DNA of 64,000 bases from an uncultured Candidatus Saccharibacteria bacterium (GTDB lineage Bacteria > Patescibacteriota > Minisyncoccia > Phycocordibacterales > WO2-35-19). Shown here piece after piece: positions 37,947-48,013 of the stretch. The stretch's first letter is position 1; each line of letters opens with the position of its first letter. The notes under the pieces are model-generated. The model saw only the letters and a list, made by a program, of their open reading frames with translations. It ran no database searches and was not told where the DNA came from. The position numbers and the translations under genes are program-made. The stretch spans positions 17,632-81,631 of the forward strand of contig CAZPQX010000004.1 of NCBI GenBank assembly GCA_964589445.1, written 5' to 3'.

Positions 37947-40900
37947 ATGTCTCAAGAACCTATAAAAAAATCAGAAGCTGCTGAAAGGGAAGAGCAAATA
38001 CTCAAATTTTGGCAAGAAAATAAAATATTTGAAAAGACTCTCCAAAAACCTTCTCCAAAGGGAGAATTTGTTTTTTATGATGGGCCACCATTTGCAACGG
38101 GACTGCCTCATTATGGTCATATGCTTGCCGGCACAATGAAAGATGTGATTCCTAGGTATAAGACCATGAATGGTTATCATGTAAATCGTGTTTGGGGTTG
38201 GGACTGTCACGGGCTACCAATTGAAAACTTGGTAGAAAAGGAGCTCGGTCTCGAAACGAAAAAAGATATAGAAAAATATGGTATAGATAAATTTAATAAA
38301 GCAGCTAGAGAAAGTGTGCTTCGATATGATGCAGAATGGAAAAAGTTTGTACCTAGGTTTGGAAGGTGGGTTGATATGGATACTCCATACAAAACTATGG
38401 ACTCCAAATATACTGAATCAGTATGGTGGTCTTGGAAGGAGCTTACTCAAAAAAATCTTGTTTACGAAGGATTTAAGGTGATGCCATACTGCCCTCATTG
38501 TGGTACGACCCTCTCCAATTTTGAGGTCAACCAAGGATATAAGGATATTTCTGATATTTCTGTATATGTAAAATTTAAAATAAAAAAATTTCCAAATAGC
38601 TATTTTGTGGCTTGGACCACCACCCCCTGGACTCTTCCGGGCAACACGGCTTTGGCTGTAGGTGCTGAAATAGAATATGTAGAAGTAGAAGTAAAGGATC
38701 AGGTTTTGGTTTTAGCAAAAGAGAAACTTTCTTTAATAAAAGAAGAATACAAAATCCTCGCAACTCATAAGGGTAGTGAAATGGTGGGTATGGAATATGA
38801 ACCAGTCTTTAATTATTTCGAAAGCCAAGATATAAAAAACAAAGAAAATGGATGGAGGGTGGTGGCGGGTGATTTCGTGACCACTGAAGATGGTACGGGC
38901 ATTGTGCATATTGCACCTGCTTTTGGTGGCGATGACTATGAGTTATCACAGAAAGAAAACCTACCGATTATTGTGCATGTTGATCTCGAGGGTAAGATGA
39001 AACCGGAAATCAAAGATTTTGCCGGAATGCTTGTTAAACCAAAGAGTAATGATGAAAAAGAAAGATTGGCGACAGATATTTCAATAATAAGATATTTGCA
39101 GGATAGAGGTAGTTTTTTTGATAAAGAAAAAATAAAACACTCTTATCCTCACTGTTGGAGATGTGATACACCTCTCTTAAACTACGCCACCTCTTCCTGG
39201 TTTATAAAGGTGACTGATCTTAAAGATAAAATGCTCAGTCTAAATTCAAAAGTAAGTTGGGTGCCAAGTGATATTGGGGAAAATAGATTTGGTAAGTGGA
39301 TAGAGGGTGCAAGAGATTGGGCCGTATCAAGGTCGCGTTATTGGGGCGCACCAATACCTGTATGGAAGTGTAACTCGTGCAAAGCGGTAGAAACCCTTGG
39401 TTCTTTTGAAGAACTAAAAAATAAAATCCACAAGAGTGGCAACAAATACTTTACTATACGCCACGGTGAGGCCGAGCAAAATATAAAAGATCTAATAAAT
39501 TCTGAGCTTTCAAACAATATTTATCATTTGACTGAAGAGGGTAGGAAGAGAGTTTTGGAAGCTAGTGAAAATATAAAAAAAGAAAAAATAGATTTTATAA
39601 TCACTTCTCCATTTTTAAGGTGTAAGGAAACTGCTGAGATAGTGCGAGGGGCTTTAGGTCTCGATGCTTCTTGTGTCCAAGAAGACGAGAGGCTTGCTGA
39701 ATTCAAGAAGGGCCCAGGATTTGAAGGTAAAAGTTGGCAAGAATATTGGGGACTGTTCTCTAGCACCAAAGAGAGATTTGAAAAGTCTCCTGACGGTGGA
39801 GAAAATCTTACTGATCTAAATAAAAGAGCAGGAGAATTTATTTATGATTTAGAGAAAAGATACTCAGGAAAAAATATTTTGATTGTGAGTCATCAGGGTC
39901 CTATTGCCTCTATGCATATGATTGCTGAAGGTGCTGATGCCGGTAGATTTATAGAGGCCAAAGAAAAGCAGATTTATACATTTGGTTTTGCTGATTTTAG
40001 AAAATTGGATTTCGCCCCGCTACCTCACAATGAAAATTATGAACTCGATGTGCACCGACCCTTTATTGATGAGGTAAGGTGGTCTTGTGAATGTGGAGGT
40101 GAGTTTGAGAGGATAAAAGAAGTGTTTGATACTTGGTATGACTCTGGTTCGATGCCCTATGCTTCAGTCCATCATCCATTTGAATCAGAAGAAACATTTT
40201 TAGGTAAGAAAAAATTTCCTTTCCCGGCTGATTTTATAGCAGAAGGTTTAGATCAGACGCGAGGTTGGTTTTATACTTTGCTTGTACTAGGCGCGGGTAT
40301 TTTTAGTAAGTCTCCTTACGACAACGTTATAGTAAATGGCATTGTGCTTGCAGAAGATGGTCAGAAAATGAGTAAAAAATTAAAAAACTATCCTGATCCA
40401 ATGGATATGGTCAATAAGTATGGCGCTGATACCATAAGGTATTACATGACAGCTTCTCCTGTCGTTAGGGCAGAAGACTTAGCTTTTTCTGAAAAAGGCT
40501 TGGACGAGGTAAGTAAAAAGCTTATCAAGCGACTAGGGAACGTGTGTGAATTTTATTTAATGTATGGCGATAGTTCTGTGACAGCAAATAATGAGTCTCC
40601 TAAGATAATAGACAGGTGGATTATTTCTCGCTTGAGCCAAGCAGGGAAGGATATAGATATGTACTTAAGTAAATACGAACTTGAAAAAGCTGCTAGGCCG
40701 GTCATGGATTTTGTGGAGGATTTGTCTACTTGGTACTTAAGAAGATCGCGCGACAGATTTAAGGCGGAAGATCAAGAAGAAAAGAAATTTGCTCTCGCTA
40801 CTATGAGGTTTATTTTGCTCGAACTTAGTAAATATATGGCACCTTTCACACCATTTTTTGCGGAAGACTTATATAGAAGTGTAAGGGGTGATAAAGAAAC

Positions 40901-41432
40901 ACAAAGTGTCCATCTTTGCGATTGGCCGGAAGATGTAAAAATAGAAAAAGACGTACTTGAAGGAATGAAGGAGGTAAGGAGGCTCGTCTCTGTTGCTTTA
41001 GAAAAAAGGAATGTCGCCGGAGTGAAGGTTAGACAACCCCTACAAAAAGTGACTCTTAAAAACTTGAAATTTGAAGGCAAAAAAGAATATATCGATTTAA
41101 TACGAGACGAAGTAAATGTAAAGGAAGTTTTGTTTAATGAAAATCTTGAAGAAGAGATAGAGCTGGACACTCTAATAACAGAAGGGCTCAAAAAAGAGGG
41201 GATGGAAAGAGATATTATAAGGCTAATCCAAGAATTAAGAAAAACCAGCAACTTAAACCCTTCCGATTCAAAAAACCTTTTAGTAGATACAGATGAAAAT
41301 GGAAAACGTTTCCTTGAAGATGCAGCAGAAAGAATCAAAACACCTACCAACATAAATAGTTTTATTTTTGAAGCCAACGATGGTCAAGAAAATCTTATCG
41401 AAAATATGAAATTTAAATTCAAGATTAGTTAG
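37947..41432 (+). CDS. ileS: isoleucine--tRNA ligase (IleRS2 type) with an inserted histidine-phosphatase domain
   Basis: DGPPFATGLPHYGH, GWDCHGLP, WTTTPWTLP, GLDQTRGWF, KMSKK; RHGE domain inside. Confidence 0.96.
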   Translation: MSQEPIKKSEAAEREEQILKFWQENKIFEKTLQKPSPKGEFVFYDGPPFATGLPHYGHMLAGTMKDVIPRYKTMNGYHVNRVWGWDCHGLPIENLVEKELGLETKKDIEKYGIDKFNKAARESVLRYDAEWKKFVPRFGRWVDMDTPYKTMDSKYTESVWWSWKELTQKNLVYEGFKVMPYCPHCGTTLSNFEVNQGYKDISDISVYVKFKIKKFPNSYFVAWTTTPWTLPGNTALAVGAEIEYVEVEVKDQVLVLAKEKLSLIKEEYKILATHKGSEMVGMEYEPVFNYFESQDIKNKENGWRVVAGDFVTTEDGTGIVHIAPAFGGDDYELSQKENLPIIVHVDLEGKMKPEIKDFAGMLVKPKSNDEKERLATDISIIRYLQDRGSFFDKEKIKHSYPHCWRCDTPLLNYATSSWFIKVTDLKDKMLSLNSKVSWVPSDIGENRFGKWIEGARDWAVSRSRYWGAPIPVWKCNSCKAVETLGSFEELKNKIHKSGNKYFTIRHGEAEQNIKDLINSELSNNIYHLTEEGRKRVLEASENIKKEKIDFIITSPFLRCKETAEIVRGALGLDASCVQEDERLAEFKKGPGFEGKSWQEYWGLFSSTKERFEKSPDGGENLTDLNKRAGEFIYDLEKRYSGKNILIVSHQGPIASMHMIAEGADAGRFIEAKEKQIYTFGFADFRKLDFAPLPHNENYELDVHRPFIDEVRWSCECGGEFERIKEVFDTWYDSGSMPYASVHHPFESEETFLGKKKFPFPADFIAEGLDQTRGWFYTLLVLGAGIFSKSPYDNVIVNGIVLAEDGQKMSKKLKNYPDPMDMVNKYGADTIRYYMTASPVVRAEDLAFSEKGLDEVSKKLIKRLGNVCEFYLMYGDSSVTANNESPKIIDRWIISRLSQAGKDIDMYLSKYELEKAARPVMDFVEDLSTWYLRRSRDRFKAEDQEEKKFALATMRFILLELSKYMAPFTPFFAEDLYRSVRGDKETQSVHLCDWPEDVKIEKDVLEGMKEVRRLVSVALEKRNVAGVKVRQPLQKVTLKNLKFEGKKEYIDLIRDEVNVKEVLFNENLEEEIELDTLITEGLKKEGMERDIIRLIQELRKTSNLNPSDSKNLLVDTDENGKRFLEDAAERIKTPTNINSFIFEANDGQENLIENMKFKFKIS

Positions 41433-41436
41433 TGCT

Positions 41437-42018
41437 ATGTATCACAAGTATCATGTAAAAGGGCTAATCTTGTCATCTTTGGAAGAGGGGCAGGATAATA
41501 AAAGGGTGTGGATGTTGACTGATCACTTGGGTCTCATAAGTGCTAAATCAGTTTCTGGGAGGTCTTTAAGTTCAAAAATGAGACTTGCCATACAAGAATA
41601 CACGCTGGGCAATTTTTCTCTTGTTTATGGTAAGGGTGGCTGGAGACTTGTGGGAGCTTCCTCCGATAAAAATTATTTTGAGTTGATGAGAGGTTATTCT
41701 TTGAAATTGAAAGCATTTCTCAATGTATCTAATCTTTTAAAGAGGCTAGTAATGGAACAGGAAATGGGCAGAGAACTTTTTGATGTGGTCGTGAGTTTCT
41801 TAGATTTTATTTATTCTTCAGAAGAAAAACATGTTTTTTTGGCAGAATGTATTACTGTACTCAGGGTTTTGTATAGGCTTGGATTTTTAGATAAAGATGT
41901 TTCCCCAGATTTATATTTACAGGATGTTGATTTGAAAAATTCTTTTGTTTATTTGCCATATGAAAGTTCATATTTGGTTTCAATAATAAACAAATCTCTT
42001 AAAGAAACAGGGATATAA
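41437..42018 (+). CDS. recO: DNA repair protein RecO (N-terminal OB fold)
   Basis: GLIL...LTDHLGLISA...R...SKMR pattern. Confidence 0.75.
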   Translation: MYHKYHVKGLILSSLEEGQDNKRVWMLTDHLGLISAKSVSGRSLSSKMRLAIQEYTLGNFSLVYGKGGWRLVGASSDKNYFELMRGYSLKLKAFLNVSNLLKRLVMEQEMGRELFDVVVSFLDFIYSSEEKHVFLAECITVLRVLYRLGFLDKDVSPDLYLQDVDLKNSFVYLPYESSYLVSIINKSLKETGI

Positions 42019-42037
42019 TTGTGATATAATATTAAAA

Positions 42038-43996
42038 ATGAGTTACGAAGAGGGGGATAAAGAAAAACTTAATAATTTAGAGAATAAGCTCTATTCTAGA
42101 GGTGCCCCAGATATTTTAGATAAGGGCAGGAGTTCTCTTGTAAAAGAAGAAGTCGATCAAGTTGGACTGGTTACTCCTAAGGAAACTATTTGGGGTAATG
42201 CCAAGCCTGGTAAGTTTGATGAAATTTCTGCAAAAATGTCTCACCTAAGCCAAAAAAAAAGTAATTTTATAAACAAACTATTTATTGTTTCTTTGTTATT
42301 TTTTGCTCTAGCTTCTGTCGTTGCTATTTTTGTATTTATAGGCGGCGGCAACTTAGTATCTTCCAAAAATGTAGATATTCTTGTTTTTGGACCAGTTTCA
42401 ATACCGAGCGGCCAAGAAGTTTCTTTTGATATAAATGTTGTAAACAACAACAATACTGACCTTACGAGTGCAGTCCTTTTAGTCGAGTATCCAAACGGTA
42501 CGAGGTCCTCTCTAGATTTATCTAAGGATTTAATCCGCGAGAAGTTTGATATCGGGGTTGTAAAATCAAAAGAAAGTTATAAACAAACAGTAAACCCAGT
42601 CATATTTGGTGATAAGGATGAATTAAGAAATATAAAAATATCTCTTGAATATAGAGTTGAAAATTCAAGTGCTCTTTTTTATAAGGAAAAGAATCACGAG
42701 GTGGTTATAAGTTCTGCTCCTGTGATAATCACACCTATATATCCAAAAGAGATAAATTCAAATCAAGATATTTCATTTGATTTAGAGCTTACGTCAAACT
42801 CAAAAGATAAATTAAGTAATTTGCTAGTAAACTTAGAGTATCCTTTCGGCTTTGTTTTTAAAGGTGCTTCTCCAGAAGCTAGTTTCGGTAATGATGTTTG
42901 GAAAGTATCGAGTCTAAATCCGGGAGAAAAAAAGAAAATTACAATAATAGGGGCCATTATAGGTCAAAACAATGAAGAAAAAGTTTTTAGGATAAAGGTG
43001 GGCACACCAAGTGAAGACGATGAAAGAGTTATTGCTGTAGCTTTTTCTGAAGTCACAGAGACTATTTTGTTAAAGAGATCTTTTATTGAACTCTCGGCAA
43101 AAGTTAATGGGGTGGAGGGTGATGCGGTTGTCCCCGCTAGTGGTGCGGTGAATGTAAATTTAGATGTAAGAAATAACCTCCCATCAAGACTTTTCAATTT
43201 GGTTACAAAGGTGGAATTCAATGGGAGCGCTTTTGATAGGACCGCAGTCTCTCCAAGTAATGGAGGTTTTTTTGAGTCTTCATCAAACAGGATAATTTGG
43301 GACAAAAGGGGCGTGAGTAATTTTGCAGACATGGAGCCAGGGCGTAGTCAGTCTCTAAGTTTTTCATTCACACCTCTTCCCTACGGAAGTATACCAAAGG
43401 GTTCTAAACCACAAGTGGACGTCACTATAACAACCGAGGGAGAGAGGGTCCTTGAGTCTGGTTCTGTGGAGAAAGTTTCAGCAACGGAAACATTTAAAGT
43501 TTCTCTTTCTACCAATATTTATCTTGGGTCAAAAATTTATAGGTCCGAGGGTAATATTGAAAATTATGGTCCGATACCTCCAAAGGCCGACACTCCTACA
43601 AGTTATACAGTGCATTGGTCTCTTGGTAATACTTTTAATCAAGTAAGTAATGTTGAGGTAAGGGCAGAGCTCCCTTTGTATGTTAAGTGGAAGGGTTTAT
43701 ATAGTCCTTCAGGAGAAAAGATTTCTTTCAATTCGGTTACTAATCAAGTGGTGTGGGAAGTAGGTTCTGTTTTGCCTGATACCGGCTCTTCTTCAAAGAG
43801 GGAGGTTTATTTCCAGATTGAGCTTACTCCTAGCATCAATCAAATTGGAAATAGTCCTATGTTGATAGGGGATGCGATGCTTACCGGCATAGACAAGGTA
43901 ACGGGTTTGAAGTTAAATACATCAGCGCGTTCTCTTGATACAAATTTTGGTGGAGATTCTACATTTAGAATTGGTGACGAAAAGGTGTCACAATAA
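42038..43996 (+). CDS. membrane-anchored protein with tandem Ig-like domains
   Basis: One TM helix followed by repeated beta-rich modules (YPFGF..., IIWD, YTVHW). Confidence 0.75.
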   Translation: MSYEEGDKEKLNNLENKLYSRGAPDILDKGRSSLVKEEVDQVGLVTPKETIWGNAKPGKFDEISAKMSHLSQKKSNFINKLFIVSLLFFALASVVAIFVFIGGGNLVSSKNVDILVFGPVSIPSGQEVSFDINVVNNNNTDLTSAVLLVEYPNGTRSSLDLSKDLIREKFDIGVVKSKESYKQTVNPVIFGDKDELRNIKISLEYRVENSSALFYKEKNHEVVISSAPVIITPIYPKEINSNQDISFDLELTSNSKDKLSNLLVNLEYPFGFVFKGASPEASFGNDVWKVSSLNPGEKKKITIIGAIIGQNNEEKVFRIKVGTPSEDDERVIAVAFSEVTETILLKRSFIELSAKVNGVEGDAVVPASGAVNVNLDVRNNLPSRLFNLVTKVEFNGSAFDRTAVSPSNGGFFESSSNRIIWDKRGVSNFADMEPGRSQSLSFSFTPLPYGSIPKGSKPQVDVTITTEGERVLESGSVEKVSATETFKVSLSTNIYLGSKIYRSEGNIENYGPIPPKADTPTSYTVHWSLGNTFNQVSNVEVRAELPLYVKWKGLYSPSGEKISFNSVTNQVVWEVGSVLPDTGSSSKREVYFQIELTPSINQIGNSPMLIGDAMLTGIDKVTGLKLNTSARSLDTNFGGDSTFRIGDEKVSQ

Positions 43997-44041
43997 ATAA
44001 AAAACTTGAAGTGCAATGCTTTAGGTGTTAGAAATAAAAAC

Positions 44042-45424
44042 ATGTCACAAGAAAATAAAATGGAAAAGTTGGTTTCTCTCTGTAAGAGGCGAGGTTTTGT
44101 ATTTCAAGGTAGTGATATATATGGGGGAATGGCGGGTCTTTATGATTTCGGTCCATATGGCACAGAGCTTTTGAATAATCTAAAAAGGGAGTGGTGGAAC
44201 GCTCATGTGCAATACCGGGATGATTTTGTAGGTATAGATTCTGCTATGTTTAAAGATCCTAAGGTTTGGGAGGCGTCAGGTCACACAAGTGGCTTTTCCG
44301 ATCCACTTTCAGAATGTAAAAAATGCAATACCAGGATCAGGGTAGATAAAGAGTTAAATAAAATAGGTATAGAAGCTGATGAAAAGATGGGTGAAGAAGA
44401 GCTCGCAAGGATTTTTGATGAAAATAAAAATAAAATATCTTGTCCAAAATGTGGCTCACATGATTTTTCTCCGGCCAGATCTTTCAATTTGCTTGTAAAA
44501 TCAAATTTAGGAGATTTTACGGGAGAGGGAAAAACTCCAGTATATCTTCCTGGTGAAGCATGTCAGGGTATATACTTAAATTTTAAAAATGTAGTGAATT
44601 CAACTAGGATGCAAATACCATTCGGTATTGCTCAAATAGGAAAAGCTTTTAGAAATGAGATATCACCAAGGAATTTTTTGTTCCGTACTCGTGAACTAGA
44701 GCAGGCAGATACACAATACTTTGTTCGTCCAAATGAAAACAAAGTGCAATATGAAAAAATAAAAAAAGATAGGTTTGATTGGTATATAAGTCTCGGTATA
44801 AAACCTGAAAATCTTAAATTTTCTCAACACAAAAATTTAGTTTTTTATGCCAAAGACGCTTGGGATATTGAATACAATTTTCCTACGGGTTTTGATGAGC
44901 TTGAAGGTATTCATGATAGGTCTGATTATGATTTAAGTCAGCACATGAAGTATTCGGGTACAGATTTGAATTACACAGATCCACATACAGGAGAAAAATA
45001 TATCCCGTGGATTTTGGAAACTTCAGTTGGTATGGGTAGGATGTTCCTCGCATTTATTTCGGACGCATACTATGAGGATGAGCTAGGCGGGGAAGCTCGC
45101 ACGGTACTAAAGCTTTCCCCAAAGATTGCTCCTATAAAGGTGGCAGTATTTCCACTACTTAAAAACAAACCACAGCTCTTAGAGAAGGCGAGAGAAGTCT
45201 ATGTAGAATTGAAAAAACATTTTATGTGTGAGTTTGATGATAATGGTAATATTGGTAAAAGATATCGAAGGCAGGATGAAATAGGAACCCCGTTTTGTGT
45301 CACTGTGGATTTCGACACAATAGAAAAAGATGGCACTGTCACAGTGAGAGATAGGGATAGTGGTGAACAGCAAAGAATAAACTCTTCAGAACTTGTTCAT
45401 TACTTCAAAGAAAAGTTGTGCTAA
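44042..45424 (+). CDS. glyQS: glycine--tRNA ligase, alpha2 type
   Basis: LCKRRGF, YDFGPYG, AQIGKAFRNEI, IGKRYRRQDEIGTP. Confidence 0.96.
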   Translation: MSQENKMEKLVSLCKRRGFVFQGSDIYGGMAGLYDFGPYGTELLNNLKREWWNAHVQYRDDFVGIDSAMFKDPKVWEASGHTSGFSDPLSECKKCNTRIRVDKELNKIGIEADEKMGEEELARIFDENKNKISCPKCGSHDFSPARSFNLLVKSNLGDFTGEGKTPVYLPGEACQGIYLNFKNVVNSTRMQIPFGIAQIGKAFRNEISPRNFLFRTRELEQADTQYFVRPNENKVQYEKIKKDRFDWYISLGIKPENLKFSQHKNLVFYAKDAWDIEYNFPTGFDELEGIHDRSDYDLSQHMKYSGTDLNYTDPHTGEKYIPWILETSVGMGRMFLAFISDAYYEDELGGEARTVLKLSPKIAPIKVAVFPLLKNKPQLLEKAREVYVELKKHFMCEFDDNGNIGKRYRRQDEIGTPFCVTVDFDTIEKDGTVTVRDRDSGEQQRINSSELVHYFKEKLC

Positions 45425-45434
45425 AATAAAGCGA

Positions 45435-46526
45435 ATGAATCGCTCTCAAGAAGATAAAATAATCCAAATAAGCTCAGGTACCATAATAAAATCCATACTT
45501 ATAGTTTTGGGTTTTGCTGTTATATATTATTTGCGTGACATTGCTCTTGTCGTAGTGCTTGCAATTATAATAGCTTCGGCTGTTGAGCCTGGAGCACAAA
45601 AGTTTTTAAAGTGGGGTGTTCCTAGGATAATTTCTGTTCTATTCTTATATTTTTCTGTTCTTATGATGCTTGTGGGTGTATTTTATTTTCTTTTTCTACC
45701 TCTCCTAAATCAATCAGCAAGCTTCCTCTCTACACTACCTGGGTATTTGGGAGAACTTCAGGTTTGGAATCCTCTCCAGGATAGTGAACTCTTATCATCA
45801 AATTCTGCCATAGAAGGTTTTTCCAAAAACTTTTCTCTTGCACAAATAGTCGATCAGATAAATACCTCCGTTTCTAATTTATCGAATGGTTTCTTTAGTG
45901 CTGCGAGTACTATCTTTGGAGGCGTTCTCAGCTTTATTCTTGTTATAGTATTGTCATTTTATCTTTCAGTTGAAACTGACGGTGTTGGTAAGTTTTTACG
46001 CATTGTTACGCCGTTAAAAAATGAGCAGTATGTTTTAGATTTGTGGAAGAGGTCTCAGTCAAAGATTGGTCTTTGGATGCAAGGTCAGATAATACTTGCT
46101 GTAATCGTGGCTATGCTTGTATTTTTAGGCCTTACTCTTCTTAGGGTTGAAAACGCTCTTCTTCTTGCTGTTATAGCTGGTATATTTGAAATTATACCTC
46201 TATTTGGCCCCATACTTGCTGCGATCCCAGCCGTTACTCTGGCTCTCGTGAGCGATGGTCTTACAAGTGCTCTTCTTGTGATAGGTCTTTATATAATAAT
46301 TCAGCAGTTTGAAAATCAGCTTATTTATCCTCTTGTGGTGAGTAAGATCGTGGGTGTGCCGCCGCTTGTATCTATTTTGGCGCTTATTGTGGGTGGTAAA
46401 CTCGCAGGTTTTGTGGGTATGCTCATTTCTGTCCCTATAGCTACTATGCTTATGGAACTTTTGGATGATGTAGAGAAACATAAAATAGCTCTGTCTCAAA
46501 AAAATAACTCTAAAGAGGCCATCTAA
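45435..46526 (+). CDS. AI-2E family transporter (PerM-like)
   Basis: WMQGQ, EIIPLFGP, QQFENQLIYP, G.L.G..GMLISVP. Confidence 0.9.
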   Translation: MNRSQEDKIIQISSGTIIKSILIVLGFAVIYYLRDIALVVVLAIIIASAVEPGAQKFLKWGVPRIISVLFLYFSVLMMLVGVFYFLFLPLLNQSASFLSTLPGYLGELQVWNPLQDSELLSSNSAIEGFSKNFSLAQIVDQINTSVSNLSNGFFSAASTIFGGVLSFILVIVLSFYLSVETDGVGKFLRIVTPLKNEQYVLDLWKRSQSKIGLWMQGQIILAVIVAMLVFLGLTLLRVENALLLAVIAGIFEIIPLFGPILAAIPAVTLALVSDGLTSALLVIGLYIIIQQFENQLIYPLVVSKIVGVPPLVSILALIVGGKLAGFVGMLISVPIATMLMELLDDVEKHKIALSQKNNSKEAI

Positions 46527-46557
46527 ACTTATTCCAAAATTGTGATATATTTGGAGG

Positions 46558-47997
46558 ATGAGTAAAAGTTTTTATATAACAACCACACTTCCTTATGTGA
46601 ATTCTGATCCGCATGTTGGTTTTGCTATGGAAATAATAAGAGCGGATGTTATCGCTAGATATAAAAAACTTTTAGGCTACGAGGTATTTTTTAATACCGG
46701 TACTGACGAACACGGTCAGAAGATTTTTGAAAAGGCCCTATCTCTCGGAAAGGATACACAGGAGTATGTTGATGAGTACGCTCTAAAATTTAAAGGTCTT
46801 AAATCCGCTCTCGGTCTAGACCAGGAGCTTCACTTCATAAGAACTACTGATGAACATCATAAAAAAGCAGCTCAAGAATTTTGGAATAGGTGTGCAGAAA
46901 AGGGTGACATATATAAAAAGAACTATAAAGTAAAATATTGCGTAGGTTGCGAGCTTGAAAAAACAGAATCAGAACTTGAAAATGATAGATGTATAGTCCA
47001 TCCAAATTTGAATCTTGAGATAAGGGAGGAGGAAAATTATTTTTTCAAGTGGAGTAAATATGAAAAACCTTTGCTTGATTTGTATGATAAAAATCCAGGG
47101 TTGGTTATCCCTGGATTTAGATTTAATGAAATAAAGGCCTTTGTAGAAAGGGGACTTCAGGATTTCAGTATCTCAAGATTGAAATCAAAAATGTCTTGGG
47201 GTGTGCCAGTGCCAGGGGACGAAGATCATGTGATGTATGTTTGGTTTGATGCTCTAGTCAACTACATCTCTACTTTGGGTTGGCCAGAGGATGAACAAAA
47301 TTTTGATAAGTTTTGGACAAACGGAACTCCTGTCCAATACGCAGGAAAGGATAACTTGAGGCAGCAGTCAGCTATGTGGCAGGCGATGCTTATGTCTGCT
47401 GGGTTACCAAATACACATACTATAGTTATAGATGGATTTATAACTTCTGGTGGCCACAAGATGAGTAAGTCTCTGGGTAATGTTATAAACCCTTATGACA
47501 TTGTCGCTGAGTACGGCACTGATGCTCTGAGATACTATTTGCTCCGAGAAATTTCTTCTTTTGAAGACGGAGATATGACTATAGAAAAATTTAAGGAAGT
47601 CTACAATGCCAACCTTGCAAATGGTCTCGGTAATTTAGTGAGTAGAATAATGAAGATGGCGACTGATAATCTTGATATCACTCCTGAAATCCCAGAAGAA
47701 TGGAAAAATAATACCATTATTCATGAATATCTGGATAAATTTGAAGTATCAAAGGCCATGGATCATATTTGGCTTAATATAGGTTTAATAGATAAAACTA
47801 TACAAGAGGAGCAACCTTTTAAAATTGTAAAAATAGACAAAGAGAAGGGTAAAAAAATGATTAAAGAATTGGTAAATAGATTACATGCTGTTGCCTATGC
47901 TCTTGGTGTTTTTCTCCCAGAAACTTCTTCAAAAATAAAAGCCCTTATAAAGGAAAACAAAACTCCTGAAGCTCCTCTTTTTGCCAGGAAAGACTAG
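46558..47997 (+). CDS. metG: methionine--tRNA ligase
   Basis: YVNSDPHVG, GTDEHGQK, YVWFDAL, KMSKS. Confidence 0.97.
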   Translation: MSKSFYITTTLPYVNSDPHVGFAMEIIRADVIARYKKLLGYEVFFNTGTDEHGQKIFEKALSLGKDTQEYVDEYALKFKGLKSALGLDQELHFIRTTDEHHKKAAQEFWNRCAEKGDIYKKNYKVKYCVGCELEKTESELENDRCIVHPNLNLEIREEENYFFKWSKYEKPLLDLYDKNPGLVIPGFRFNEIKAFVERGLQDFSISRLKSKMSWGVPVPGDEDHVMYVWFDALVNYISTLGWPEDEQNFDKFWTNGTPVQYAGKDNLRQQSAMWQAMLMSAGLPNTHTIVIDGFITSGGHKMSKSLGNVINPYDIVAEYGTDALRYYLLREISSFEDGDMTIEKFKEVYNANLANGLGNLVSRIMKMATDNLDITPEIPEEWKNNTIIHEYLDKFEVSKAMDHIWLNIGLIDKTIQEEQPFKIVKIDKEKGKKMIKELVNRLHAVAYALGVFLPETSSKIKALIKENKTPEAPLFARKD

Positions 47998-48013
47998 TTT
48001 TGAATTAACTGAG

